A stretch of 64,000 bases of DNA. Origin: Octopus vulgaris. Taxonomy: Eukaryota. Where the stretch lies: the NCBI GenBank assembly GCA_951406725.2, contig OX597821.1, positions 55,304,001 through 55,368,000 of the forward strand. Direction: 5' to 3'. How positions within the stretch are numbered: position 1 is the first letter of the stretch; every line of letters begins with the position of its first letter. The notes beneath the pieces are model-generated. The model searched no databases. It was not told the DNA's origin and saw only the letters and a list, made by a program, of their open reading frames with translations. Position numbers and translations under genes: made by a program. Positions 1 through 14,409 of the stretch are shown in pieces.

Positions 1-195
1 AAGACGGGAGTTGAATGGGGAATGTGCAACAGATTACATTATGTGAGTGGCTATATAAATGTAGACAGACAGAGAGAGAGAGAGAAAGAGAGAGGTGAGA
101 GAATGCAGCGATATTGACTATACATACAATAACACATACAGTGACAGACACACGCTCAGACATACACACATATATATATATACACATACACATAA

Positions 196-239
<44 letters not shown>

Positions 240-829
240 GTATATAAATCATATATATATGTATATAAATCATATATATATATATAAGCATATATATATA
301 TGCATATATGTGTACAAGATGTCGCCAACAACAAACAAAATGAAATACGAAAACAAATGAGTTAAATACGCAAACAACGAGAGAAAAAATTGAAAACAAG
401 ACAAGTAACACAAAAAATGACCCTTCGCTTTTTCTCGGCTGTCTATCTACTCCTCATTTCGAGCACTGAACGACAATACGAGTCTTCGAAGACAGTTGCT
501 CCCATTCTGGATTTATGGAGGGTCAAAGTTGGGAACAAAAACAGGACAGTGGAGACATACAAGGAAACCGAACTAAAACAAACATGGAGGTTTGGTAGAC
601 CAGAACGACTGTAAAATAGGTAACGCTGGAGAAATATTTTGTTTGAAAAGAGAAAAGATAAAAGACGTCCAGTCGTTAGGACGTCCTGAAGGAAAAGAAA
701 TATGGTGACATACGGAAGAGAAAGATGGACGATGGTCAAGTGTGAGAAATGTAAAGAAGGGATCACCACACAGGAGAGAATTAACAAGGAGAATCTCTTT
801 ATTGAAAAATTCCAAACACAACTTAATAT

Positions 830-1560
830 GCAAACTCCTCGTTGATCAAACTTCCTTTTTCTACCTCACTCTTCATGGATGGACTAACACAAATATATAA
901 AGATACCATGCATTCATCACTTCAAGCTAAAACTTATATTCTTTAAATATCATTTTTACTATTGTTGTTATTACTATCATTTTTATTATAAATGATATGA
1001 CAATCTGAAATGCAATTGTCTATGCAGATTTATATAATTAGAAAATAATATAAATAAAGTGTTAAAATCTGAAAGTTAAGTTAACAAGCAATTATATAAA
1101 AAAAGATAACGCAAATGAAGCTAAAATGATAATTTTATAATTTGGATTTTACCAACAGCCCTTATTGAAGAACTCAAAAGAGTTGTCTCCCCTTACTCAC
1201 AACACAGGAACTGAAGAACCACAATTACTACTACTTCCTGTCCTGCCAACATCCTGAATTAAACCAAACAACACATGCTCTTAATCCCTTTGGATCCTAA
1301 TACCTCAAGGTAATTTTTTCGTGAACAATCATTAAACTCAAGATACACAACGAACTCACAATGTATCGGAGTACTTATTTTTTAATTTTTGTACATTTTT
1401 ATCATTATTCTTTTGCAAAAAACAATGCAATTTTCTTTTTTCCCCTTTCTAATTTTTAAAAAACTTTTTAAACATAAATATTCTTGACAAGTCATACAAT
1501 GACGAAAACCGGTTGAATAAATATATATTTATATATTTTATCAATTTCTCATTTTATTAA
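830..1560 (+). mobile_element. Heavily decayed Penelope-like element 3' remnant (tentative)
   Basis: AT-rich decayed coding-like stretch ending in a hammerhead-like motif at 1479-1519; no intact ORF. Confidence 0.3.
1479..1519 (+). ncRNA. Putative minimal hammerhead ribozyme, U3-A8 core variant
   Basis: tattc-TTGACAA-gtcat(aca)atgac-GAAA-accggtt-gaata: stem I tattc/gaata, stem II gtcat/atgac, palindromic stem III region; cleavage-site register imperfect. Confidence 0.45.
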
Positions 1561-1655
1561 AATTTTCTTTCATTTGAGCATTCTGCATTTTTAAAAAAAT
1601 TTTCCTTACTTATCATTTCTCCACGTGCGGTCAACACAACCCCACCATTTATTGA

Positions 1656-1710
<55 letters not shown>

Positions 1711-1712
1711 AC

Positions 1713-1743
<31 letters not shown>

Positions 1744-2115
1744 TAGATTTTTATATTTGTACGTGTATGTGTATGGGTGTGTGTATAAAGGTGATCAAAT
1801 TTAGATATATATGTATATATCCGCATATACGTTAACATGTATATTTGTAGGTACGTATATTTCTATTCCTTTGCATCTGTCTAACTGCATGTATTTCAGT
1901 GTATCTATAAGTGTGTGTTCCTCTGTGCATGTGCATGTTTATGTAGATCTGTAATTATGTATATATCGTTGTGTATATATGTATACATTTCTTTATATAT
2001 AGAGAGTGAGATGTTTCTCTGAATATGTATCGGTATCCTCACGTGTATCTATTTCTGCGTATATGTGAGTTTGTACATGTGTATATATTTAACTTAGTGT
2101 CAGTGGATGCATCTG

Positions 2116-2152
<37 letters not shown>

Positions 2153-2194
2153 ATGTGTGTGTACATATATATATATATGTGTGTGTGTGTGTAC

Positions 2195-2226
<32 letters not shown>

Positions 2227-2454
2227 ATGTATGTACGCGTATTTGTGTGTGTGTGTCTGTGCCAGTATATATAGGTTTATTTGTTGGTATCTATGTGTAT
2301 AGTGTACATATATGTATGCATATATATATGTATGTGTGCGTGTATATGTCTGTGTGTGTGTGTATGTCAACATTCCCTTATTCTCTTGCCCTCTCTCTCT
2401 ATCTACACACACTGACAGACACGCAATGTTATTTGTAACACGTCTGTAACACCA

Positions 2455-5400
2455 TCTGTAACACGTCTCCCCAGTTTTCTCTCCTCTCCACTATCATCCC
2501 CTTTTCGGCCTGGTATTTGTAAATTATGAATCTGGCTAAAATCCTTATGGAAAAAGAAAATCATTATTGACCCTCTTGAGAGCCTCTCCCTTTGTTGCTG
2601 ATATCTGGCATTTTCCAATTTCTCCAGTCTTCACCACCGTTGTATTGGAAAAATTTCCTGCTACTGCTGATCCACTCTGTTTTCGACAAACGCGTCAGAA
2701 AACAACTCAATCTGACATATTTCTCTATATTTTGTAAATATATCTTCTAAATCTCCACGTAAAAGTAAAACCAGTTTATAAGAATTTTATTTTATTTTGT
2801 GTTCTTGACACTTAGCGTGTGTTCGTAAGTATGAAAATGTTATTTTGATTTTGTAATATATCTCTCGTACAAGTAAGATGCCTACAAGATATTATTTCCA
2901 AAGAAACGATATCTGAGTATTTTTGCCGAGTCATCTTCAGTTGACAAATCCAGACAACCAGCTGTGCATGAAGTGCGAGTACTATTTTCTAAATATGAAT
3001 TTGTTTTGTTGCATGTCACTATGTGTATATCAATATGAAATTACGTGTTTGTATCAGGCAGAGAAATTTTTTTTGCTGTAAACTAGTGCACACCAACTAC
3101 GAGGAGCTAACTCCATAAGCTACAGACATATATAACTAGAACAAACGGATTAACTAGATTAAGAAATTTACTATAAATAGATATAGGTATATGTCTGGGT
3201 GATTTAAGATATGAATTCAAATGAAAGCATCTTATGTAACATTACTGAATAACTTAGCCACTGTTGCATAGATTTCATGGAAATTCAGCTTAGCTTTTCC
3301 GAGAAGATTAGAAAAATGTGTGTAGTTTCACTAATGTATATATGCTTATGTAAGCAAATCCAGAGGTATGTCACATTAGATAAATACACTGTCCCACAGT
3401 AACATTCAGTTCAATGGGGAAGAATGTTGATTTCAAAAAATGTAGGTTATTGAATCTAATTAATCCAACAAGTTCGAACACGATGAAGAACTGTTATATA
3501 TGTGAGTTTGTCTGCGTCTCTGTGCGAACACACATACACATAAATTCAGGCACACACATATATGCATGTACACACACACATGCATGCATGCATACATGCA
3601 AACTCACACACATGCATCCACACATAAACACAACATATGCAGCACGCACACAAACACTAGAGGAATATCCCGGTGATCCATGGAAATTTATGGAAAACAA
3701 TAAGTTAGCAGTCATGTGAAGATTTAAGTACGCATTACCAACTATATGAGTGAGGAATTAACATCACTGAATATTGTCACTGAAGTAGAAATTACAACGA
3801 AATGGCCCAATTCACTTAATTGTTCATTCCAAAGACTCGAAAAATAAAAATTGGGTGTTTTGCTATGTGCTGGTATGATGAAGAGAAAATCAGAGTTTCC
3901 AAATCTTGATGTATTATCAAGAAGGTGACCATATGAAGAGACAAGATCCTCAGGCTTAGTTCAACAATTTTTCACTGTTTCTTGGTGTTTATGGTGAAAC
4001 TGGGTCTGATAGGAATTTTAAGGAAACTTCCGAAATTCAAATTGTAGACAAAGTTGCCTTCAAAGTTGTTCTGCATATGAATCAACGACCATCAGTACAT
4101 TTCACTAACATGATTCTAAATTCTCTTACATGAAACATAATAATATATTTAATAGTCAATCCTGTGTAGTTGTAGAGCTTTGGAGATCCTAGGTTACAAA
4201 GTAGCGTATTCGATGCACCAAGCGTAAGCACCAGACCGGGTAGAGATTTTCACATGTTCGATTGAATACTTAATAACTTGGCCATGCGAAGTGACTATGT
4301 CTATTGATCTATATTACCATTTCTCACAGATTAGCATGTCTAGATGCTTTCTAATGATTTTTGTCACATTGACATTTTTGGTGATCATATTGCTCCTTCC
4401 TAGGACCAGTTTGCAGCACATTATCAGAGCCTTTTCTAACATTCACATTGGGCAATCAGTTCCTGTTCTATCTCAATGACATTGCTGAATAGCAAATAAA
4501 TTTGGTCGCCAAGAATTCTTTTACGAAAACCATTTCCTACTTTAAATATCTAGGTGGCGAACTCACTGGTATTATTTCTAGTCAAACATACTCTCATATT
4601 GGCGGTAAGCCTCAGTCATGGAAAGCAAAGCCATGTTAAGGCATTTTTAGGCATGCATAGTCCAGAGCATCTCTAGTTTCTCAGACAATTTCAGGCGTAG
4701 ACCTCCTATTCTACATGCCTTTTCTCTCTGAAATCCCGCAGATATATACCTCATTCTATTTATAGGAAATTTCTTAATCTAGTTAATCCGCGTGTTCTAG
4801 TTATATATTATTGTTTCATGTCTGCAGGTTAAGGAGTTAGCTCTTCGTAGTTATGTACAATAGTTTACAACAAAATAATTTCTCTGCCGGAAAATTCATA
4901 TTGATATACAAACAGTGACATGCAACAAAACAAATTCATATTTAGAAAATAATACTTGCACTTCATGCATAGTTTGTGGTCTGGATTTGTCAACTGAAGA
5001 TGACACAGTAAAAGTACTCAGATATCATTCCTTTGGAAATAATAAGATGCTGTCGGCATCTTGTACAAGAGTTGTATTACAAAATCGAAATAACATTTCC
5101 ATGTTCATGAACACACGCGAAATCGAAAACAATATAGAATAAAATTCTTATAAACTGGTTTTATTTTTACATGGAAACTTAGGAGATATATTTACAAAAT
5201 ATAGAGAAATATGTCAGACTGAGTTGTTTTCTGACGCGTCTGTCGAAATCGGAATGGATCTGTAGTTGGAGGAATTATTTCCAGTATGGCAGTTGTAAGG
5301 ATTGAAGGATTTATAATACGACAGATGTCTGAAAGATAGGGAGAAACATTTATGAAAGCCAATAAAGGTTTTTTTCATAAAGATTTTTATCAGACTGAAA

Positions 5401-5465
5401 ATTTACAATTACCAGGTCGAATGGGTTGGGGAGATGGGAGACGACCGGGGAAAAGTGTTACAGAT
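2455..5465. mobile_element. Old element or inverted duplication with ~730-bp diverged inverted arms (about 2455-3190 and 4745-5465)
   Basis: Arms align as reverse complements, e.g. acgcgtcagaaaacaactcaatctgacatatttctctatattttgtaaatatatc vs gatatatttacaaaatatagagaaatatgtcagactgagttgttttctgacgcgt; outer ends tctgtaacac / gtgttacaga. Confidence 0.7.
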
Positions 5466-8084
5466 AATATCGTATATCTTTTCCTAACCAACTGTTTGTG
5501 TCTCATGGTTTCTTCAATCCAAACGATCCTATTTACATATCTCCCGAATTTTTCTATTAGGTGAATTGTCTTGGTGTTGCTCATGGTTTGTTCTTGTGTA
5601 AGGTCTGGTGGTAATTTAAATATAAAGAGTGCACATTTTTTTTTATCATCCAAAAGAATTGCTGCAATAGTACGACGAAGCAGGTCTGTGCTAACAACCA
5701 TGTAGTTGGAAAGCAAACTACTTACTACAGAATCACATTTCTGCGACTACATCTTGGTAGTAGCATGACTGATTGACTCGTTACTTCTTTTAACCGCAAG
5801 ACTTGATGGTATTGATCCAACACCATGCGTTCTTAGCAGCTGATTGCCCTGTAGGTTCTTTGTCCTGACCCTGAGTCGAGATATCACTGTATCTAAAAGT
5901 GTCTTGATTCTTGCACACACGCAGCGCACACACACACAAATTAATTAACAGATTAAAAAATATTGAACTTTGCCTTCATGTTTGCAGTGTCGGATTACAC
6001 CCAAATTTTCTGCATTGCTTTTCTGCAAACAAATTACGAAACTCATTCATTTCGGATACAAATATTATAAAGCCTTCATTATCGACATGCCAGCTTTTGC
6101 AATGTCTGTGTGTTGACAATAAGAAAATGAAAGCGCAACGAAAATTTGAAGAATGGGATTTTCGGATGAATATTAAAAATTTAATCGGAGAAAATTTAAA
6201 CATTAAGAAACTTCATTCAACATGAAAAAAATTTAACGGAGGATAATGAAAATGTTACACAACCTTTAGATATGAAAAATGTATGGTTAAGTTCCGATAT
6301 GAGAATAGAAAAAACAACAAAGTAATGCGAGGCTCTTAAACAGTTTTTGCATGAGAACGCAATTTTCGTTTCACGCTGCCACTCTTCGAAGAGTTGCTGA
6401 AATTGATGAACCAATGATAGCTCTCTTACTTGACTATACTTTTGTTTTGAGCAAATTGGTCCGTCAATTTCAGAAACTCTTCGAATATCATCTATCTTGT
6501 TGGGTAGTAGGTTCTTCGCACTTATCTTATGCATGCAGTTGTTTATAATCAACTATTGCGCCATAGTTAATACCCCACCTCCACCTCACAAAAGGAAAAT
6601 AGTCAGTTTCTTTTCCCAGGAATACGTAGAAGAGAGAAGTGTAACTCTGAAAGAACTGGTTAGGCAGGAAACAGACAAGTGCGACTTACGACATGTTGGA
6701 ATAAGAGGCTACCCATTAGTTGAATTAGCCTAAATTTCAAATTTTAATGAGTCTGACTTTCTTCCTGTTACGTCTTATAAAATGAATGCGTGTATCGTAA
6801 TTAGCACGCTAAATTACACCCGCAAACTGTAGAAAAATTCAGATACTGCAAACCAAAGTGCCAGAATATTGGGTTGACATAGAAATCCACTATGGGTTCA
6901 TTAATGTGTGAAAAAGTAGAACTTTTATAGAGGTGAAATTTACAAGATTCTCCTATCAGAATAAAACTCCTCTACGAATATTACTGAAGAAGATATTAGC
7001 AAATCACTGGAGGATTTTCGGTCGTTTTATATGCTCTTTAGTTTCATTTTTTTCTTCATTCTGTATATTTACCAATAACTGTATGTAGACAGATACATAT
7101 ATGGACCTTGGAATACTTCTAAAATGTATGTTTTTATTAGCTTAAAGATCAATTATGTATTAATGTAGTGACGCAGTAAATATAAATATATACGCTCAAG
7201 AATTTAACTTACGAAAGACAAAACAAAAATACAAAAAAAAAATTGTACTCACTGATATTGTCATACAGACATTATTGAAACATTGTTGTGTTCGCCTCTG
7301 ATCTTCATATTCAGAAGTATCAGTTAAATGACAGACCAAATTTGATGTAGAAGTAATAGCTCCGTTAAATATACTTAATCATATGCAACCACACAAAAAG
7401 CATGCACCAACATTAACCTAACTATAACACTTAACATATTCACACCGTGCAAAAGAAGAACGTCTAAATGGTCGCATACACTGTATTTTTATTTCTAAAC
7501 AGTTTTCGAATTCGATATTTTGAAAATTGGATATTCTGTTTACGCGGAAAAGGTAATTTTCCATTCCTCTCTTTAACTAACAGTATATTTAACATTTTAA
7601 CGTTTATACCTGTTATATGAAGAGTTTAAAAACTACCTGCGTTGACGTTAACACGTACTTTGCTCATAGTGATTGCTATTCGAACACTTTAAGCTGCAAA
7701 TGGTATAGAGGGGACCATATTTGAATAAACTACCTGTGTAAAACCCTCGCTCTCTTCTCCTTTCGATGTGTATGTAACTATATATCACTATACCTAAAAT
7801 TACCTCTAATTCCCTTACCTCCATGTACCTCTTATTTCATGTGTGCTTCTCATTCCCTATTACAGCTTCTCTCTAATTCTTTCTGTCGCGTTCTGTTACA
7901 TTGTGTGTGTGAGTGTGTGTGTGTATGTGTGTGTGTATGTGCGTGCGTGTGTATGTGTGTGTTTGTGTGAATGTGTATAAAATCTTGACATACAGCATAG
8001 TTATATGTCTGATTTATATAGCACTGTATTGAATACTTTACTCTGTATAAGACGCATGCAACAAACCAATATTACGTAACTATC

Positions 8085-8265
8085 TGCCTGGCGGCATTTC
8101 GTTTGTCTTTGTCCTCTGGGTTCAAATACCGCAGGGGTCGATTTTACCTTTCATCCTTTTGAGGCTGATAAAATAAATACCTGTTGAGCACCAGGGTTGA
8201 TGCAATCGTCATAGGCCCATCTCCTAAAAAAATCTGGCCTTGCTCTAAAATTTCTAACCAATATT
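8085..8265 (+). mobile_element. SINE-like repeat family A
   Basis: Core gggttcaaataccgc..ggtcgattttacctttcatcc..gataaaataaatacc shared with copies near 12.1, 12.3, 28.7, 35.2 and 61.2 kb; boundaries approximate. Confidence 0.7.
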
Positions 8266-9284
8266 ATAAAGCTCTGTACTTACACTCTCAAGTGATTTGC
8301 AAACTCTTGTGAATGAGTAAAATGCTGCTTTACATATATATAATCTTCCAATGGAATACCTTTAATTTCTTTAATAGTTTTTCCCTTCCTATAGAGAAGT
8401 ATGACTAATCGTGTCTATACAGAAACCCATGAGACAAAATTTTGAAAACTCTCCATCACATGAAATATTACCGTTGTTTTCAGACTATCGTTGGTATAAT
8501 TGTAGTGAAATGAATACAAGTCAGAATTGAAATCGTTATGTTGGCTTTCTTTAGTGGAAAATGCACAGAATTTGTAATATCATGCAAAAGCCCTACAAAT
8601 GATTATCAAATTTTCAAAATTAATAAATAATTCATAAAACCATAAATAATGAGTTATCAATTAATTCAGCTCTCTTATCTTATTCGTATTTGAGTGATGT
8701 AATGAGGTATTTGATCGTCATCGTCATTAAAGTCATTTAAATTTAGAATAGATTATGAGGAAAAGATACAAGAAACAATTAGAAGGTTTAAGTTTTCAAT
8801 GAGCAACTTTTTAATTATTCGTAAATTTAGTGTAGGAGTAGATTCATCGGTATAGAAAGATACAAGAGAGTTTTAGAAGTCTTGTTAGTGATGCTCAACG
8901 ATCTTTTTAAATGACGGCATGGAATTATAAAACTGAATTCTTAATTCTATAATAGAAACTTTGACCTATTACTCTAAGTCGATATTACATGCAGAAAATT
9001 GATATGTAGAATAATTTAGTTTTAGATACTGCGTCAATAAAACGGAAAGGCGGTAACTCATGAAAATTGTATCATTTTTCTTTTACTAACTAGTATGATA
9101 TTATGCCTATCAACAACAAAAGCACAGATCGATCGAATTCCAGCATTCTTATACCTTCCTGAAATAAGGGAGGAGATACATGAGTTCTTTGTTGCCTATT
9201 ATTGCTCCTGAGGTTATAGATATAAATATGTGTGCATACGCGCGTGTGTTCGCTCCTACATGCTTGTGTATATGTTTGAATGTA

Positions 9285-10514
9285 TTGGGTAATCCCATAA
9301 ATAATGCGGTCTTTTTATACTCAAAATTAAGATAACATTCCTTTTTTACTCTAAAATATACTCTTCTTCATTTTCTACAATGCTTTTCCATCTATCTAGT
9401 AGACTTGCAAGGCCCCTCTTCCAAAACTCACTTGTCCGTGAGGAAATATACTCCTCCGGTACTGTTCTGACCTTGTCTAGTGAATCCAAATTTTTTCCAT
9501 CCAAATGATTGAAGACTGCGGAATAAATGATAATCAGATGGGGAAATGTCCGGCCTTTGGAATGTCGTCCTCGTTGTGTGTGACCGAGCATTATCGTAAT
9601 GGAAGAACATCTTCTGTATTGCAATCAAAGATGGCCGTTTTCCTTCTAGCGCTGACTTAAGCCGCTCAAGGTACTCGCAGTAGATCTCTTTTGTTATTGT
9701 TTGGTTTGGGTTTACAAGTTCGAAGTGGACTAAATCTTTCATATCCCACCAAACTGATAAGAACACCTTACGTGGGAGAAGACCTGCATTAACCTGGGGT
9801 ACCAGTGTTTCTCCTTTCCCTACTCACTATCTTTGGCGCTTGACATTCTTATACAGAACCCATTTCTTGTCACCAGTTACTTTTCAGTCCAAAAAGCGTT
9901 CATTCGTGAGACGTGACAGCAAAAAAATAAGAGCACACGTTCACTCTCTGCACACAATTAGACTCGGAAAGTTTGTGAGGAATCTATTGGCCCAACATGC
10001 TGACTTTTCCGATGGTACGCAGGTGTTGATGAACGGTTGAATGACCAAATCCAGGTTTCTCTGGCAGTTCCTCAACAGTTACGATGGCATTTAATTCTGC
10101 CAGGGTTTGCAGGACGTCCTCGTCTCCCTGTACAGATCTTCCTGGATGAAGCTCATCTTCTAGGTTGAAGTTTCCGACTCGGAATTTCTGGAACTACCGT
10201 TGACACTGGCTTACGCTTATTGTCTGATCGTCATAGACTTCATTAATGTTCCTCGCATTTTTCGTTGCGTTGTGGCCTTTATTGAAGTCATAAAGCAAAA
10301 TCTGCCAAATATACTCCTTTGTCACTTCCATTATAGCTTTGAAGAAATAACTGTTAAAATCGAACTGCACTCATCAAAGCGGTCACGAATAATACGTACA
10401 AGATAAAATTACTACCTGCTTTTATAGCAAGTTGATGCAGGTAGTTTATCTCTTTCCCCACCGACTTTTAGTTCATGCAATTGAAAAAAGCGCATTATTT
10501 ATGGGATGACCCAG
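9285..10514 (-). mobile_element. Near full-length decayed mariner transposon
   Basis: TIRs ttgggtaatcccataaataatgcg / cgcattatttatgggatgacccag, TA flanks at 9283-84 and 10515-16; frameshifted transposase with VTGDKKWVLY, VWWD, HYDNARSH and PDISPSDYHLF motifs. Confidence 0.92.
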
Positions 10515-11132
10515 TATACATGAATATATATGTATAGGTGTGTATTTTTCATGCAAAAGCGTAATCCACAATATACACTTTTGCCAGAAAACTTTAGAGT
10601 TTGTTACGACAGTGTGTTCATAAGCTAGGTTATCTACTCGTATTTAAAGGTTGGTACGTTTGGCTGACAACAACATCCAGCACGAGGGGATAATCCAGTT
10701 CACCTGCAGCTAATTATATGCACACCGACATATGTGTATATGTGCATGAGTTTCACATATTAAAATTCTTGTGTACACAATTAGCATACTTATTAGCAAT
10801 ATATATCATATTAATAGATCCCCGTTGTAAAATGTCTTGGAGGAAACTCCTTGATGTACATTAACTCCCAGAAGAGAAGAAACAGCATAGTAACCATTTA
10901 GAGATACCTTTAGTTACGATAATTAACCGTTAACCTGTTTATCAGCAGAGGAGATGCAGCATTGAAACGCATTTATTAAATTATTAATTATCAACTTCTG
11001 TTGATTCAGGGAATAGTTGCGCTGAACTTTCATAAAATCCTGTAATCTACAGTATTCAGTCTCTTGAGTGTGATATTCTACTAGAAATTAGGTGAAAACT
11101 GAAGGTAAGGACTACAGCTATTACTAGAAGGC

Positions 11133-11183
<51 letters not shown>

Positions 11184-12084
11184 GAAAGAGAGAAAATGAG
11201 GGAGAGAGACAGAGAAAGAGGTAGACAGACAGAGTGATTGAGTGAACCTTTCTCTCCAGCATTTAGAAACAACAACGAAAGTTCCTCCAACACATTGTTA
11301 TTACTGTCTTGAAAAGCAGAACGCACACATTATAGAATATCCTAGATGCTTCTATAAGAGGTGATTGTCACAGCTAGAATTCTTTGAATCATATAAATTT
11401 GCACGATTAAGGTTTTCCTCTCAAAACTCAGCCACAAAAATATTTTTCTATTCATGGAAACCAACCTTTATTTGATAGTGGTTAGTATATATGCAACTTC
11501 TTTTCATTCAAATGGAAAATATTTCTCAGATTTTTATGAGACCAGGTTGTATAAAATTGATATACTTACTAAGATGGTGTCCACAACCAAGTGAGAACTA
11601 CGCAAATTGTACGATGCTTGCGGATAAAATGCTTTTGATTGTTTGCCTGCTACTCGATCATTGATCGTATGAAGTTTGACTAGAGACACAACACGTTATA
11701 TAAATACTCAGAATCGTACTGAAATATTTTTTATTACAGTCTTAACGAATATTGTAAATATATTCCTATTTTATACCGACAGACAAGTATATTAAATAAT
11801 TTTAATAGAAATCATTGAAACTGAATAAGAAGACGTATCATTCAGCATCAAGATCTCTTTACTGATAGTCAGTCGTTGATGTGCTACGCTAGACGATTTC
11901 ACTCATCCGTCGCCACTGGTCTCTATTCTCTGTCATGAATTGCAGGTTTACTGTGTTGCGACCTGTCCTGTTCTTGATGCTGTCTAACCAGGATTTTCTC
12001 AGTTTGCCTCGCTTTGCACCCATCCTCAGTCAAAGTACCATGATCGCACCTGGTAAGCTTTCGTAAAAACGAGCAAAATGCCGC

Positions 12085-12520
12085 TAACCATTTTGCACAT
12101 CGGGAAAAATTCTTAGCGATATTTCGTCCGTCTCTACATCTTGAATTCAAATTCCGCCGTGATCGACTTTACCTTTCACTCTTTCGAGGTCGATAAAATA
12201 AATACTAGTACAGTACTGAGGTGGATGTAATTGGCTTACCCCATACCCGGAAATAACTGACCCTGTGTCAGAACGTGACACCAATATTAGAAGGCCTTAA
12301 CATGGTGTGGTAGCAGGATCAAAAGCACACTGGGCAAAATGCTTAGCGGGATTTCGTCTGTTTTTACATTTTGAGTTCAAATTTCGCCGACGTCCACTTT
12401 GTCTTTCATTATTTCGAGGTCGATAAAATAAATTCTAGTTGAAGACTGGGATCGATTTAATCCATTAATCCCATCCCCCGAAATTTCTGACATTGAGCCA
12501 AAATTTGAAACTAGTATAAA
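12085..12520 (+). mobile_element. Two tandem copies of SINE-like family A
   Basis: cttagcg..atttcgtc..ttcaaatt.cgccg..tttcgaggtcgataaaataaat repeated at about 12110 and 12340. Confidence 0.75.
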
Positions 12521-12907
12521 TCACATTTATCTTTTTCACTGGGACGGTGTTGTGCATAAAATATAATTATTTTATTAATTACAAGCCCTCTTAACAAGAA
12601 ATATGCAAACTAAGTTGTTCACCAGGGTAATAACTTAATTTCTGATTGTTTTATGCAATAGCTCAATATCCCATTCTATCAAGTGAAAAAGGAGTTTGGG
12701 CTCCTTTTTGAGGATATCGTTACCCGGAGATTCCTGATTTTTTCTTTCACCGCGCATGAAGAGCATAGGAAGAATGTATTTCGTTTTTAATACATGCCTG
12801 TAAGCATATATGAACTCATTCACAGATATATATGTATATGCGAATATCATCATACGTGTATATAGACGCTTATATAAGTGCGTGTGTGTATATGTATGTG
12901 TATGTAG

Positions 12908-12976
<69 letters not shown>

Positions 12977-13123
12977 TATATATTACGGAGATGTACTCGC
13001 ATAGCAAGTAATTTGATCTGAGATCGTGTGCTGAAACGAAAACAATTGCAGCGTGGAAGGTGTTTATAAGCCATTTAAGAAACACACAAAAGCCGTTCGA
13101 TTCACTTCAACATTTAAGTTTAA

Positions 13124-13173
13124 TTTGTCAAAATATTTTCGTCGCTAAAATCCGCGACCTGTTCACTGACAAA
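13124..13173 (-). ncRNA. Minimal hammerhead-like motif, G3-C8 variant
   Basis: Minus strand tttgtca-GTGAACA-g-gtcgc(ggatttta)gcgac-GAAA-atattt-tgacaaa. Confidence 0.7.
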
Positions 13174-13890
13174 AATCCGTGCTGCATCTGAGAAAGTAAC
13201 AGTTAGTTCGTCATATATATGTACGTATGTATGTATGTATGTATGTATGTATACATGTGTGTATGTATGTATGTATGTATATATGTATGTGTGTGTATAT
13301 GCACGCACATACACACTATAAACATAAAGCTATAAACCTGTAGCGATGGATAGATGTAGAGTGACCACTCATCACAATAATATCAAATTTCAACTTCCCC
13401 CGGCCGAAGCCTGGAAGTGATTTACGACCCTTACTCCCAAAACTATACCCTAAAACCTATTATCAGATATTTATCTCTATATCACAGAACTTTTGTTTTA
13501 CTATTGTGCGTATGTATGTATGTATGTGCGTATGTATGTATGTATGTGCGTATGTATGTATGTATGTATGTATGTATGTATGTATGTATATATGTATGTA
13601 TGTATGTGTGTATGTACATACGTACGCATGTGCGTATGTATGTATACGCACACGTATGCATGTGCCCATGTATGTATGTGCGTACATGTACGTGCGTATG
13701 TACGTGTGTATGCCCATACGTAGGTATGTATGTATGTTTGTACTCATGTGCTACGCATGTATGTGAGTGTCTAGGAGAATGGGCAGACGTGTCTGTGAGA
13801 GTGTGTACATGTGTATGTGTATGTGAACGTATGTCCGTGTACTGGCATGTGTCCGTCCAAGTTGTGTACATGACTGTTACTTTGTTGAAG

Positions 13891-14409
13891 TACGAGCTAA
13901 GTAAGGCATTCAAGAAAATCCTGCGCACTACTGGCCTAAAAATTAAAGTTGTAGAAAAGACAGGTAGGACTATCAAATCGGCATTATGCAGATCATATCC
14001 ATTTGATAGAATCACCTGTCAAAGTAATTGTGCAGTATGTTCGACAAATCCACATGTAAATTGCAAAACCAAGGGCACTGTATACTAGATTAAGTGCCAG
14101 GAGGGAGCTTGCGCGACTAACCCAGAGTCATACATAGGTGAGACTTCTAGAAGCATCAATGATAGGTTCAAAGAACACCTGGACAACTACATTGAAAAGA
14201 AGCCAAACTCTATCTTCTACCAATATGCTGTAGACTGCCACAAGGGATCCTTAGGGAAACTTAAGTTGAACATCCTATCAACACATCCCACCGATGCAAT
14301 GTTGAGACAGGTCACAGAAGCTGTTTGTATACAAGAATACAAACCTACTCTCAACCGAAAGTCCGAATGGAGTAACATCCAGATCCCATTCAGAAGGACT
14401 ATTCTATAA
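13891..14409 (+). pseudogene. Penelope-like ORF C-terminus: Cys-rich linker + GIY-YIG endonuclease, one in-frame TAG
   Basis: CQSNCAVCSTNPHVNCKTKGTVY*IKCQEGACATNPESYIGETSRSINDRFKEH...LRQVTEAVCIQEYKPTLNRKSEW; VY..YIG, R, E and N residues of the GIY-YIG fold present; TAG at 14086-14088, TAA at 14407-14409. Confidence 0.9.

Noticed and set aside
3200-7000. piggyBac-like motifs (LGVLLCAGMM, MSR.F, EIDEPMI)
   Set aside because: Short, scattered across frames and compatible with other families; no TTAA-bounded termini found.
14086-14088. In-frame stop in the GIY-YIG frame as possible selenocysteine recoding
   Set aside because: The codon is TAG, not TGA, at a non-Cys position; a nonsense mutation in a truncated copy is simpler.
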